The notes beneath the pieces were generated by a model. It had not been told where the DNA came from, did not search any database, and saw only the letters and a list, made by a program, of their open reading frames with translations. From Hyaloraphidium curvatum SAG 235-1 (taxonomy: Eukaryota; Fungi; Monoblepharomycota), in assembly GCA_025558095.1 (NCBI GenBank), contig JAIVFI010000002.1, positions 124,001 to 188,000 of the forward strand: a DNA stretch of 64,000 bases, in the 5' to 3' direction. A program made the translations under genes and the position numbers. Below, piece after piece: positions 1-12,183 of the stretch (positions are counted from its first letter, which is position 1; each line of letters begins with the position of its first letter).

Positions 1-702
1 TGCGCCTCCCTGCACCACCCCTCGCCCGTGTTCATCGGGTTCGACATTCCGTAGCCGGCGGGGCAGGCGTAGAACGGCGCGCGGCCGTCGAGCGACGCGC
101 GGCGGGCGAGACGGTCGCAGCAGGCCGCGTTGCGGACCCAGATGCAGCTGGCCGAGTCCTCGGAAAGGCAGGCCGGGATGTCGTCCGGGCCGGTGGTCTT
201 GACGGGGGTGTAGACGGGGATGCCGTCGCCGTCCGGTTTGTAGGCGATGCTTCAGGGAGGGGAGGCGTCGTCAGGATCGCCGCATCCGGGGCGCCCCCCG
301 TGGATGGACCCACCAGGTGAACCTCCGTGCGCCGTAATCGACGGAGCCCGCCGGCACGGGCGGGCAGCCCGCCAGGCTCCCGCAGTCGGTCTCGTTGCCG
401 CCGAGGCTGACCACCTTTGCCGCCTCGACGCACCAGTCGGGCCCGACGCCGGGGGCGGCCAGGCCGGGCGGGCACTCGACGGCCTCGACCAGGCCGTCCG
501 GCGCGCCGCACGCGCCGGCGGGGAACCACGCGCACTCGCCGGCGCGCGGGCCGAGGCAGACGTTGAGGCCGCGGTGGTTGGGCGCGACGAGCACCGACGC
601 GGCGTCGGCGCACGACGTGATGCAGCGCGGCGCGGCTGACGCGGCAGGCAGCAGGGCGAGCGCCGCGAGGGCGAGGGACGCGAGCGGGGTCAGCGGGCGC
701 AT
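1..702 (-). CDS. Secreted Cys-rich repeat protein, 3' end runs off the window
   Basis: ATG 702 opens a hydrophobic signal peptide (MRPLTPLASLALAALALLPAASA). A GTGGGT...GAAG intron at about 251-312 joins to an exon reading IAYKPDGDGIPVYTPVKTTGPDDIPACLSEDSASCIW. A repeated CL.....C.W...C...WC module is visible. Confidence 0.7.
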
Positions 703-944
703 CGCTGGTGGGCAAACGTGTGAGTGGGTTGGTTGGTTTGGCTGGCGAGGATGCGACGCTGCGCCTCCGGCTCTTGAGGGCGGGCGCGGAAACTTGTGGC
801 GGGGATATCCGCGCCCTGACTCATTTCGGCGTTTCCGCGCCCCTGCGCCCCAGGCGCATAAGGACAGCAGGGGACGCCCTCCGCCGCTCACTCACCATCT
901 CTCGCCCCCGAAGTGCGACAAGCCCCGAACCACTCGCCTCCCCG

Positions 945-2104
945 ATGCCAGCGCGCCGCAACCGCCCTCGCGCCCCGGCCGCGTTGGCCGTGTCCGCGAT
1001 GCTCCTCCTCGCGGGGGGGACCGCCCTCGCCAGCGACACCGTCGACATGCAGGTTCTGTGGGTGTCCCGCTCGTGCCGCCGCTCCATGGCACCCGATGAC
1101 CGGCGACCGCCCGCAGCGTCCTGAACATGGTCGACCAGACCGTGCTCTACGAAGTGCACGGAAACGGCGGACAGAGCGCCGTCATCCCGCCGCTCAACTG
1201 CTATTCGTTCTACGGTCCCGCCTTCGACAACGGCGCGTGCTATGCCTCGGCCGAGAACGGCACCAACACGGGCTACACGGGCTTCAACTGGGAATCCAGC
1301 GTGCCGGCGGTGGTGGGCCCGTACGACAACGGCGGCTCGTGCTGCGGCGGCACCTACGCGGGCTGGTACTACATGAAGCCTTACGGGAGCAGTAGCTCCT
1401 ATGGACCTGGCGCAATCTCCGGTACCCTCTACGGGTATCCTGGCGAGTGGTACAACTCCTACTCGTCACGCATGACCTGGGACTTGTCGAGCACCGGCCA
1501 GGTCGAATGGGCAGACGTGGCGTATGTGCCCTACGTCCTGGCCTACACGGGCAGCGGCTCGACGACGCCGCTCATCTCCCCGGTTTACGCCATGTCGAGC
1601 TCCTGCGCCGCCTATGGAGAAATGGCCTTGCTCGGCGCATCCGCTTCCGAGGAGCTTCTCAAGACCGCGATCAAGAGCACGCCGATAATGGACGAGTTCA
1701 GCCCCGTCTATTTCTCGTTCACGTACGGCTGCACGTCGGGCCTGCCCAAACCCACGAACCTCAACTGCAAGAATTCCGGCTCGGGTCCCATGATTCTCAT
1801 AGCCGGCAACGCTGCCCTGAACTACGCAGGTGGCAACTACATGATTGCGGAGAACATCAACTACGATGCCGCCATGATGATGATCCAGACGGCGGGGGCC
1901 ATCCTGAACAACCTCATCACCACCGCCGACGGGATGAGCATGAACGTCACCTCTTCGACGCTGGTCGCGAACGACGTCTACGGGGCACTGTACCAGGGCT
2001 ACCTGAACACGCTCCCCAAGTACCCGCAGACGACGGGCGGCTTCGGGATCCAGATTACGAACCACGAGACCAAGCAGGTCTACGCGACCCTCATCCTCGG
2101 GTAG
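945..2104 (+). CDS. Secreted Tyr/Gly/Ser-rich protein of unknown function (2 exons)
   Basis: Signal peptide AALAVSAMLLLAGGTALA from ATG 945. GTGGGT...CGCAG intron at about 1058-1116 leads into ORF 1127-2104, which has strong codon bias. Confidence 0.7.
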
Positions 2105-2258
2105 ATGGACGATGCGGCGGGCGCGCGGCTGGCACGGCGGCGCGCCGGCTCCTCGACTCGTTCGGCGGGGACTCCCTTACTGCATGTATTGTGGCCGGCT
2201 CCGTACTAGATTGCCGACAAGGCACCCGTTCCCGCTCGCCCTCACCCCGCCGCCCCGT

Positions 2259-3760
2259 TCAACCCGGGCACGCGCTCTCGACCGTGAACGCCACCCCGAC
2301 CCCCCTCAGCACGCTCCACAGCGCCACCCCCAGGGTGACCAGCGTGACCCCCAGCGTCTTTGCCAGCCCCCAGGTGATCGGCACGCCGACAAACGTGGCC
2401 GCAGCCCCCCCGCGTCGGCGAACCCCGCAAGGAGGGCCGCGTGCGCGGCGAGCTCGCCCTCCGCCGCGAGCCGCGCGGGCGTGCGCGGCAACGCGGCCGA
2501 TTCCGCGAGCAACCCGCGCAGCGCGAGCCCGGCCTCGGCGTGCAGGCCCGCCACCGCGCCCACCTGCGAGTTCACGGCGGGAAGCTGCGCCAGGTCCACG
2601 ACGACCACGTACACCGTGCACAGGTACAGCAGCGCGGTCCACAGCGACACGCAGCCGCCCGCCGCGAGGTTGGCGGCGAGGCCGACCAGCCCGGCCGAGG
2701 GGATGGCGAGCACCGCGAGGGAGGTGAAGGCGTTGCCGCCAAAGGGGGAGCGGCGGCTGGCGGTCCAGCGGCGCTTGTAGGAGAGGTAGAGGGAGGCGTA
2801 GGGTTCGGGGGCGAGCAGGGGCGGGGCGGAATGGGGGGTCCGGGATCCAGGAGGTGCAGGGTCGTCCGCCGCAGTGGCCAGCCGCCCCCTGGCGCGCTCG
2901 AGAAAATCGCCCAGGGCGCGCGAGCTGGCGCGCAGGTACATCCGCGTGGCCAGCGATGTCTCTGCCGGGCTGGGCATGGCGAACCTCGCGAGCACCGAGG
3001 CAAAGTTGTACAGCGAGGCCGAGGCGACCGCCGCGGTGCCCACGAGCGCGCCCCACCACGCGCTCCAGAAGGCGGGGGAAAAGTGGAACATCGGCGTCCA
3101 GGCGGTGGTGACGAAGAAGAAGGCGCCCAGGGTGTGGCAGGGCACGATGCGCACGATGCGCTCCCAGAATAGCCACGAGAGCGCGCCCGAGCAGCACGCG
3201 CGGCACGGGCAGGCCGGGTCCTCGTCCTCGTGTTCCAACAGGGGCGAGCCTTCCCCGGTCGCCGCCGCCCAGTTGTACGCGCCCGCCAGGCACGCCGCGA
3301 GCGAGTCGACCCGGGGCGCCACCCGCGCGTCGGGGAAGGCGAGCCAGGCGGCGACCTGGATGAACAGCATCGCGGCAAAGAGGGCCGACACCCCGGCGAC
3401 CGACGCGGCGATATTGCTGTGCGGAAACGATCCGTCGTCGACCTTGAATGCAAGCGCCGCGGCGGTGACAAAGGATACGGCCGTGACCAGGCTCAGACCC
3501 GCCAGCACCTGCCGCCCCGCGAACCCGAAAGCGCCCGCCACCCTCAGCAGATGCACCATTCCCGCCAGGCCCGGCGACAGCGGGCCGAGCACCGCGACAA
3601 CCGCCGCGGCGGAGGGCGGCGGGCGGTCCGGTTCGAGGGAATCGGGTGCGCCCCCTAGCGACCGCGGGAACGCGCCGCGGCCGCCCGGTGCACGAAGGGG
3701 AAACAGCGCGGCGACCTCGGCCGGGGAGAGGGAGAACGGCTTCGGATGCGCTTCGTCCAT
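2259..3760 (-). CDS. Multi-pass membrane protein, candidate 7TM ion-channel (GRL/DUF3537-like) family; apparent frameshift at the C7 run 2405-2411
   Basis: About 6 hydrophobic helices in ORF 2306-3760. The C-terminal FVGVPITWGLAKTLGVTLVTLGVALWSVLRG is in another frame and matches the paralog at 8973-10513. Confidence 0.6.
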
Positions 3761-4003
3761 CGCGTCGGGCTTGAATGGCTGGGAGACAAGTGGCGAGCGG
3801 GGACTTGCTTCCCCTCTCCGTCCTCCGAGTTCGCCGCCCGCAGCCCGAGCCAGTTAGCTCCTCTAGCTCATAGGGCACTTTAAGCCCCGTCTTCCCCGTC
3901 GCCCAACCGCTGGTTCCGCGGCCGTTTCTGTCAAAAGCACCGCTGCGATTCAAAGGGACTGCCAACGCCCAAACACAAGCCAAGTCACGCTCGCCGGGCC
4001 GCC

Positions 4004-5440
4004 ATGTCGCCGCTGCACTCTCTTTCGCTCGTCCTCTCCTCCCTCCCATCGACCTTCCGCGCCGCCGCGGCCCACGTGCGCTCCGGGCCGCTCCGCCAAT
4101 CGTGGCGCCTCGGCGACTCGCTCACCGCCGCCTTCCTCCGCGAGCTGCTCCGTCGGGGCTCCGAGGGCGACATCGCGGCGGCAAAGGCGCTCGTCGAGGG
4201 GGCACCGCCGGCTCCATGGCCGCTGGGCAAGGTGCAGGCGGGGCGGGTGCGGATCCCGCGCTTGGCTGCCAGCGGGGACGGGTGGGAGCTGCCCGCCGGC
4301 GGGGACATCGACGGGCAGTGGGTAAAGTACGTGGGCAAACCGCTGGACCTGGACAGCCCGCAGACGGGGTGGTTCGGCCGCTCCATGGGGCGGGGGGGCA
4401 GCCGCAAATCGGACCAGAAGGCCGACGTCGGGGAGAAGGCCGGGCAGCAGCAGGCCAACGCCGCGGAGCCCATGGTGCTCTTCTTCCACGGCGGCGCCCA
4501 CGTGACCTGCTCCACCGAGACGCACCGATTTTTGACCTGGCGTTTGGCTCGGGCGTGCGGCTCGACCGGCCGTCGCTGCCTCGCCGTGAACTACTCCCTC
4601 GCCCCCGAACGGCCCTTCCCGCACGGCCTGCAGGACGCTCTCTCGGCGTACATGTTCCTCCTGCACCCCCCACCGGGCGCCTCCCACGCTCCCGTTCCCC
4701 CAACGAGCATCTTCCTCGCCGGCGATTCGGCCGGCGGCAACCTCTGCGCCGCCCTCCTCCTCCTCCTCCGCCAACACGGCCTGCCGATGCCGGGCGGCGC
4801 CATCCTCATCTCGCCGTGGCTGGATTTATCGCACAGCCTGCCGTCCTTCACCCTGAACGCCCCCTACGACGTCCTGGGCGCCGCCGAGACCACGGCCCCG
4901 CTGTATGCCCCGCGCGAAAAATGGCCCGACGAGCTCGTCAGCCCCCTCTTCGCCGCCGACCTGTCGGGCCTGCCGCCGCTGCTGATTGCCTGCGGCGCCG
5001 CCGAGGCGCTGCGGGACGAATCCGTCGCCTTCTTCCTGCGCGCCTCGCACGCCCGCCCCGCCGCCCGGGGCGGGGAGCCGTGGGTCCGCCTCGAGGTGTA
5101 CGCGGACCAGCTGCACGTGTTCCAGATGTTCGGCGGGGGCGCGGCCAAGGCGTCTTTCGCGAGCATGGGGCGGTTCATCGCGGCCTGCTCGGCGGGCGGG
5201 GACAGAGGGCCCGTGGGGTTCGACGAGGGGATCTTCAGGGTGGACAACGCGGCGCCGTACGCTTTCGTCCCCGTCTCGGAGGCCGAGGCACGGAGGGGCC
5301 TGCTCGAGGGGTGGGAGGAGGAGCGGGCGCATGTCGGCGGGGGAAAGAGGGATCCGCCGCGGTGCAGAGATCCGAGGGCGTTGGAGGTGATGCGGGGATT
5401 GGGTCTGCCGGCGGGGGAGGAGGCCACGGACGGGGGTTGA
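4004..5440 (+). CDS. Alpha/beta hydrolase, HSL/family IV esterase-lipase
   Basis: FFHGGA oxyanion motif, GDSAGG nucleophile, LRDE acid, HVFQ His. Confidence 0.92.
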   Translation: MSPLHSLSLVLSSLPSTFRAAAAHVRSGPLRQSWRLGDSLTAAFLRELLRRGSEGDIAAAKALVEGAPPAPWPLGKVQAGRVRIPRLAASGDGWELPAGGDIDGQWVKYVGKPLDLDSPQTGWFGRSMGRGGSRKSDQKADVGEKAGQQQANAAEPMVLFFHGGAHVTCSTETHRFLTWRLARACGSTGRRCLAVNYSLAPERPFPHGLQDALSAYMFLLHPPPGASHAPVPPTSIFLAGDSAGGNLCAALLLLLRQHGLPMPGGAILISPWLDLSHSLPSFTLNAPYDVLGAAETTAPLYAPREKWPDELVSPLFAADLSGLPPLLIACGAAEALRDESVAFFLRASHARPAARGGEPWVRLEVYADQLHVFQMFGGGAAKASFASMGRFIAACSAGGDRGPVGFDEGIFRVDNAAPYAFVPVSEAEARRGLLEGWEEERAHVGGGKRDPPRCRDPRALEVMRGLGLPAGEEATDGG

Positions 5441-5789
5441 GTTTGCGCCGGTCGCTTGTGTCTCTGTCTGACCCTGTGTCAATACATGTGTCTGCGCCTC
5501 GAATGTGCGTTGAAGCTGGAACGACTGGGGCAAACAGATCCAAGAAGCCACTTTGCCCTCGCGAAGCACGACCGCCGACAAACCCGCTGCAGTACGTTGA
5601 TCCTTTTCCGCAACATGTAGAAGTTGAGCTTTCCTGCTCTGCAAGGAGGAAGCCACGAGAAGTTTGAAGTCGGCAGAACCCCCCTGGAGGAGTCCCGCCA
5701 CCCCGATCGTGTTTGCCCGCCCAAACAACCCGAATCTCGGGTTCATCCGGGCCCCTCTGAATCCCCCTGACGCAAAAAAGGCGCAGACC

Positions 5790-7467
5790 ATGTTTTCCAG
5801 GTCGACCGTGGTGCCGCTGGCCCCGGCCGACGGGGCCAAGCTCCCGGACGCGGACGCGAAGCCGCTGTCCCCCTCGGGCGCCGAGGCCCCCGCCTCGCCC
5901 ACCGCGGGGCCCGTGGGCAAGTCCGGCAAGTTTTGGACTCGCAGGAACAAGTTGTTCGCCGTCGGGATCGTCGGTGGGTGTTGGAGTGCGCTGTCGGATG
6001 GCGGCCAAACTGACGCCACCCCGCAGTGCTCGCGGCCGCGGGCGCCGTCGGCATCGCGTTCGCCGTCATGGGAGCGCTCAAGACGTCTTCGCCTCCGCCG
6101 CCCGCCGCCCCCTCGGCGACCCCGGCCCCCCGCGCCCGCCCGCCGCCGTGCTCCGCCCAGCCCACTTCGGCCCGCGTCGCCGCGCCCAACGCCAACCGCC
6201 TCGCCCCCCCCTCGGCCTCCGCGCCCTTCTCCGGCTTCTGCCTAAACTGGGGCAACGACTCCCCCTCGCACCTGGCTGCGCGGCTGGGCCACATGCCCGC
6301 CGTCATCTGCGGCTTCCTGCAGACCTACCAGCCCGACGAGGAGTGGGATTCGGACGGGTGGGAGCACTACGTCGGGGACATTGCCAAGGCTGTGCCTCCG
6401 GGGATGCCCAAGCCCATCCTGGAGCTGACGCTCATGCCGAACTACGAGCTCGGCAAGATGAACTGGACGACGGCCGAGTACTGGGTGAAGCACTTTGCCT
6501 ATGCCAACTATGAGCTGGGGATCCCCATCCTCCTCAGATTTGCCCACGAGATGAACGGGAACTGGTGCGTTGTCTGGGCTGGAGACCCGATGCGGCATTA
6601 ATGCTGACCTCTTTTGACAGGGACTATTACGGCATGCGCCCGACCGAGTTCATCCCCACCTGGCGCAAGTTCACAGCCCTGGTCCGAAGCTACACCAACA
6701 TGACGGCGATGATGTGGGCGCCCAACGTCGGCGAGGGCTATCCGTTCGACCCGACGGATTTCAACCCCAAGCCCGGCTCGCCCGACTTCCTCGCCCTGGA
6801 TACTAACAAGGACGGCGTGCTGGACAATAAGGACGACCCGTACACGCCGTACTGGCCCGGTGCCGAGTTCGTCGACTGGGTTGGCACCTCGCTGTACTGG
6901 TCGGGCGGGGCCTGGCCCGACGTCGTCAACACACCGCCGCCCGCGGGCTACGTCGAGCCCACAATCCGCGGCGACTCGGCGCGGAACCGGGACTCGCTGC
7001 AGCCGCGGTACGACTTCTACGCCATGTTCGCGGAGCGGTACGGCAAGCCCATGGCGCTCCCCGAGTCCGGGGTGAGCTTCTACTACAACGAGACGCATGG
7101 CGGCAAGGTCGCGAAGAAGGTTTCCCCCGGGGCGGGCGAGATGGCAATCAAGCAGGCATGGTGGAGGCAGACCTTCAACCGCACCCTGTTCGCGGACCTG
7201 CCCATGCTCAAGGGCGTCGTGCACTTTGACGTCGAGAAGGACGACGGGAGGGGCTACGTCGACTACCTGATCACCGAGGGGGAGGTCGGCAAGGCGTTCA
7301 AGGCCGACCTGGAGGCGAGCGGCGCGCTCGAGATCGACGCGGTGTGGTCGTGGGGCTGCGACGGGTCGGTGGAGATGGCGGATGCCGCAGCGCCGGCCAA
7401 CAAGAGGGAAAGGCGCAGCGTGCCGAATGGCGTGCCGCTCAAGAGGGTGCGGAGGAGCGAGCTGTAG
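5790..7467 (+). CDS. Glycoside hydrolase family 26 (mannanase/glucanase-like), N-terminal membrane anchor, 3 exons
   Basis: LRFAHEMNGNW acid/base motif, MWAPN, DTNKDGVLDNKDDPY loop, VDWVGTSLY, KPMALPESG nucleophile. Introns near 5974-6026 and 6565-6620. Confidence 0.88.
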
Positions 7468-8115
7468 AGGGAGGGACGGGCGGGCGAGGTGCTGGACGCC
7501 GGGCCGAGGACGTGCCGAGTGCGGAGCAGGATTTAGGGTGTCGCGACTGTCTGTATTTCATCGTTGGAACGCATTACCCAGGATATCCCCAATTTCTTTT
7601 CTGCTGCGCTGGCGAAGACCGGACCAGGCTGGCGGTGCCGCAATGCGGTCTAGGCAATGCAGTCACGGCTCCCAATCGCGGGCGCGCATCCACAGCGGCC
7701 GCAGCACCAGGACAGGAATATCCCTGGGCACTGGAATTTGACCCACCCCATTCTTGGACAGCCGGGTTCAGGATGGTGCGTGGGGGCCGGACGGCCGTTG
7801 CACCCGTCCGCGTCCCATCGGCCAGGTGCCCTTGAAACCCCCCCCCTTCGACCTCTTCCGCCGCAGCAAACGCAAGGGGCCGCATCCCACGTTGGGGACA
7901 ACCAGCCCGGCACGCTCCCAGTTGTGCCGCCGTGCCAATTACGGCACCGTGAGCGTCCCCGGCGTGCGTCCTGCGGTGAGCAATCTGGGGGTGAACCGCT
8001 TACCGAACTGCCGCCTTGCCGCCCCGCGTCCTTGAAACCCAAATCGACCAAAGCCGCCTTTCACGGCCCGCAAGCGAAAAGTGGAGCCCACGTGCCTGCG
8101 ACGTGATCGACGGAG

Positions 8116-8811
8116 ATGCATTTCGCGGCCCCCGCACCGGCCGGGCCCGCCGCGGAGTCCCGGAGGGCGTCCCGCGCGCTGCCCTTCTCGGTGCCGCCGT
8201 TGCCGCCGCTGCCCCCGGCCGCGGCCGTTCTCTCGGAGAGCATGCGCGGCGTGCGGCGCAGTGAGTCGGAGGAGAGCCTGGCGCCGGCAGAGAGGCGGGA
8301 GGACATAGCAAGCCCCGTTGGGACGAGCGGGGAGGCAGCGTGCGCCCATGGGATGGCCGTCCGGGACGGGCCGTGCTGGACGTGCTGTTTGCTGAGCCCT
8401 GCCGGCACGGAGGACATTGGCCCGTCGTTCACCGACGACACTCTCGGACGTGGCCGCGGGACGTCGCTGGGCAGCCCCCTCACGGCCGACGCCGCACCCA
8501 ACTCCGTGCCATGGACGCTCCCTCGCAATTTCTCCAGCAGGCGCAGCATCGGCGACGACTGGGATCCCCTTCCGCGACCGGCATCGGCCGCGAACCCACA
8601 CACGCCCCCTACTCCGGCAAAGGTCGAGCAGGACCGGCTCATCCTCGAGCAGCTTTTGGACATCAGATATCCCTCTGACGATCGCTTCCCGCCGTCGTTC
8701 CCGGACCTGAGGGGCTTCTGGATGCCCCCCACGCTGGATCGAGGCGGGGGGGGTTGGTCTCCCGGGGCCGACGCTCGTGCGGTTCGGTACGCGATGCCGT
8801 GGATGCCATGA
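8116..8811 (+). CDS. Orphan family member 1 (RALPFxVPP / CxH...CWxC / PDLRxFW)
   Basis: Shares three motifs with the ORFs at 13260, 14548 and 16319. Confidence 0.7.
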   Translation: MHFAAPAPAGPAAESRRASRALPFSVPPLPPLPPAAAVLSESMRGVRRSESEESLAPAERREDIASPVGTSGEAACAHGMAVRDGPCWTCCLLSPAGTEDIGPSFTDDTLGRGRGTSLGSPLTADAAPNSVPWTLPRNFSSRRSIGDDWDPLPRPASAANPHTPPTPAKVEQDRLILEQLLDIRYPSDDRFPPSFPDLRGFWMPPTLDRGGGGWSPGADARAVRYAMPWMP

Positions 8812-8972
8812 GTTCAAGGATGCGCAAGTTGCTTGGACACGGAGGCAGCCGACCTAGGTGTTGGACAGATCGGCTGAGAGATGTACGGTTCCTGCATCGT
8901 TGTACTTCTTGACTACAATTTCCTTCGTTACGTTGATCAGCTTCCCCAACCCCTGGGAATCATTCTACGCAG

Positions 8973-10513
8973 TTATCCAACGTACGGGCAGAAGCTCTCC
9001 AGCGTGATGAAAATGCCGAGTCCCCTCAGCACGCTCCAAAGGGCGACGCACAGCGTGACGACGGTGACGAACAGTGCCCGCGCGCTTCCGAATGTCACCG
9101 CGAACCCGAACACGCGGCCCTCGAATCCCGACACCTCCAGGAACGAAACGAGGGTCGCCTCGTGCTCGCGCAGCCACGGTGCCTCGCGGGCATTGACGCG
9201 GATCTCGCGGAGGGCATCGCGGAAGAGAGCGGCAATGGAAGAGATTGCCGCGTTGCGGGCGGCAAGGTTAACGATGTTGATCATGACGTAGTTGCCGTAG
9301 ACGGCGAGTTGGAAGAGAAGCCATGCAGGGATGCAGCGGCCAGTTGCCTGCGCAAGATGTTTCGGCTGTGGCTGAATAAAGAGCTAGGGCGTAACACAAT
9401 TGCACCCACCACGGATAGAATGACGAAGACCAAGAGGGCAGGAATGAGCATGAGAATGACCATCTGGCTGAGGAAACTGGCCTCTTGTGCTCCACGATGG
9501 TTCCAAAGCCGCATCAGCTGGTAGTAGAGCCGCACATAGAGATGTGATGGCGGACCAGCAGATTCAACCGTCGCCAATGGAGCGCTTTCTTCAACAAGCG
9601 GCTGGTCCGAAACTGGGATCGAGTCCGCATTCAATGCTTGGTGCAGCGCAATGCGCATGGCTCGGTGCTGCAGCCGCTTCTCCAAGCCGTAGTAGCCCAA
9701 GTTGCCGAAAACTGCAAACCGGGCGAGTCCGACCAAGAGACAGTAGAACAATGCACTGCAAAGGAACCCCGACAAAAGCAGGCAGCCCCACCAGGTGGAG
9801 AAGAGACGTGGCCCAAACGTGACGAATGTGGTGTAGCATATCAGAAGTTCCGCTGGGATATGGAAGAGAATCCAGAATGAGTAATCCAACCAGGCAAAGA
9901 CTCCCGCTTTCAAAGGTGCATTGCCGGCACATGATGCCGCGCTGCAGGGACACAGGCGGTCTGCGGGATCGTGGTCAAGTAGCCCAATTGGCTTGGGGCC
10001 CAAGTGTTCCTTTCCTGCCTCCTCCGGGGCCAGGCCCTGCAGCTCAAGCCACCGTGCTAGCCCCGACCATGGCTCGAAATCCACTGTGTTGGACGTCCAG
10101 CCCTTTGCCGACGAGTGAACAGCCCAACAGAGAATGACCACAACCGCCAGCCACAAGACTCTGAACAGCAACCCAATGACGAGTTGCACGGTGCCGAAAA
10201 CGCCGTCGCTCCAGGCCACCGCCAGTCCGAGCAGTGCAGTCATGAAGCAGAACTGGACGACGACAGCTCGCAACATTGCCAGAGGGGAGAGGCTAAGCCG
10301 GTACGCGGCAAAGGTGGCCCCAGCCAGCAGCGGCGAGCCGGAAAGGTCGCGTCGCAGTGCTTCGCGCGTCAGGGGGCGGCTCTCGCGCGCCGGCGCGGCG
10401 GGGTCCTCGTCGGTGCGCCCGCTGCGCGCCTCGATGGCGGTGAAGCAGCTGAGCGGAGGCAGCGGCCCCGGGAAGAGGGCGACCCATTCCTCAGGCGAAA
10501 AGTCGGTGCCCAT
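8973..10513 (-). CDS. Multi-pass membrane protein, candidate 7TM ion-channel (GRL/DUF3537-like) family, 2 exons
   Basis: A 62-nt intron 9348-9409 (GTGGGT...GCAG) joins ORFs 9281-10564 and 8973-9284 in frame. C-terminus reads VFGFAVTFGSARALFVTVVTLCVALWSVLRG. Confidence 0.72.
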
Positions 10514-10726
10514 GTGCGGAGCGTTCGTGGTTGAAGTGGGTGACAAGTACTCACTTGCCCGCAAGTATGGACGCCGTCACGCCAAGAACCCGCTTTGGAT
10601 GGCAACTCAATTGAAAAAAGGTGCCACGGAACGGACAAAGTTGGTTGCAGGAGGTGGATTTGCGTGACAAGTAACATCGGTGTCATTGCCCGTGCGGAGT
10701 ATCGCCATCCGGCACCCCCACGGTCT

Positions 10727-12072
10727 TCAGAGCTTGGGCCCCGGGGCGCTCCGCACCACCGCCGTCCCGCCCGAGATCACAGCCTTGCCCGTCTCCTTGC
10801 ACACCGTCTCGTAGGCGGCGGTGATGAGCCCGTTCTCCTCCTTGACCTGCATCCCGATCCGATCGTCAGCCGCGCAATCCCCAACTAGCGCACGCCGCGG
10901 CACGAACCTTCCACATCCTCGTCTCGAGGGTCTCGCCGGGGATCACGGGCGACGTGAACCGCGAGCGCATCGAGACGAAGCGCGAAGCGTCGTCGCCGCA
11001 GAGGTGCTTGACGATGCCGCGGGCCGCGGTGCCGTCTGTCCACGAAACCGGGAGTGAGCACGGGATAAAGGGGCCCAGATGGGGTACATACAGGAGCACA
11101 GGCCGTGGAGGATGGGAGCCTTGAAGCCGACCGACTTGGCGATGGCGGGGTCGACGTGCTATGCGACAGCCAAGGATCAATCCGGATTCCTCGCGGTCCT
11201 CCGCGTGATACCCACGAGAGGATTGTAGTCACCCGACAGCCTGTAAAGCTGCGCCTGCAGCTCGCCCGTCTTGACCACGTCCACATAGTCCGGCGCCCTC
11301 TCGGGCTTCTTGAGCTCCCTTTGCGGCGGGCGCGGCCCGCCCCACCCGCCGGCGTCGCGGATGAAAGATGCGCCAGTCAGCTTCGCCAGCACCGTCCCGT
11401 CCTCGTGGGTGAACGTGGTCTCGTTCTCGAAGATGGCGGCCTTCCCGACGTCGTAAATGCCGACGTACTTTGACTGCACGTAGCCCTTGCCGGAGCGCGG
11501 GAGGGGGTTCACGACCTCGATGGCCTGCTCGCCGTGTAGCAGCTTGTTGAGGTCGATGTTGATGCCCTCGATCTTGGGGAAGCCGGCGCGCTTGCCAAAG
11601 TCGTTAACGTCTGTAATCGACGGGGATCAGAGGCCGCGGGAAGCGGGGGTGTCAGCGATAGGGAAGGGGGAGCGTAAGCGACTTGGAAGTGGGAGAGTAG
11701 GCCAGGGGCGACGGAGAGACCCACCATAGCTCGCCCCCTTGCTCCCAATGACCAGAGGGTAGGTCGGGAAGGGCTGATAGTTGGGATCCAACTCGTAGAC
11801 GTACTTGAGGTCGGTGATGCCCAGGCCGACCGCGCTGCCATGACAGGGAGCGGTCAGCTCCCCAATCACGTGGGGCGGACGCAATCTCGGGCACGCACTA
11901 GATGAGCAGGTCACGGGTGTTCCATTCCACTGGGGTCTTGGGCCCGGGGACGTTGAGGATGCCTGTTTCGTCGGTGGGGTGGGGGCCGGCCGCGGGGGCC
12001 GAGAAGAGGGGGTTCAGCGGTGTTCCACCGCCACGGGCGCGGTCCGAAAGTACCGGAAAGGTCGACGGGCAT
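10727..12072 (-). CDS. Peroxisomal enoyl-CoA hydratase 2 / MaoC-like dehydratase, multi-exon
   Basis: LYRLSGDYNPL-H-VDP hydratase-2 motif, RFTSPVIPGETL, PFPTYP; C-terminal PKL (PTS1-like). Confidence 0.88.
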
Positions 12073-12183
12073 TTCTGCGGCCCCGATGCGGTCCGGATTC
12101 GTCTGTTAGCGGGCGGGAGACGGAGGTTGGGAGGCAGCGGGCCGAGTGAAGGGAATCGCCGCCGCCGAACACTCAATCGCGCA

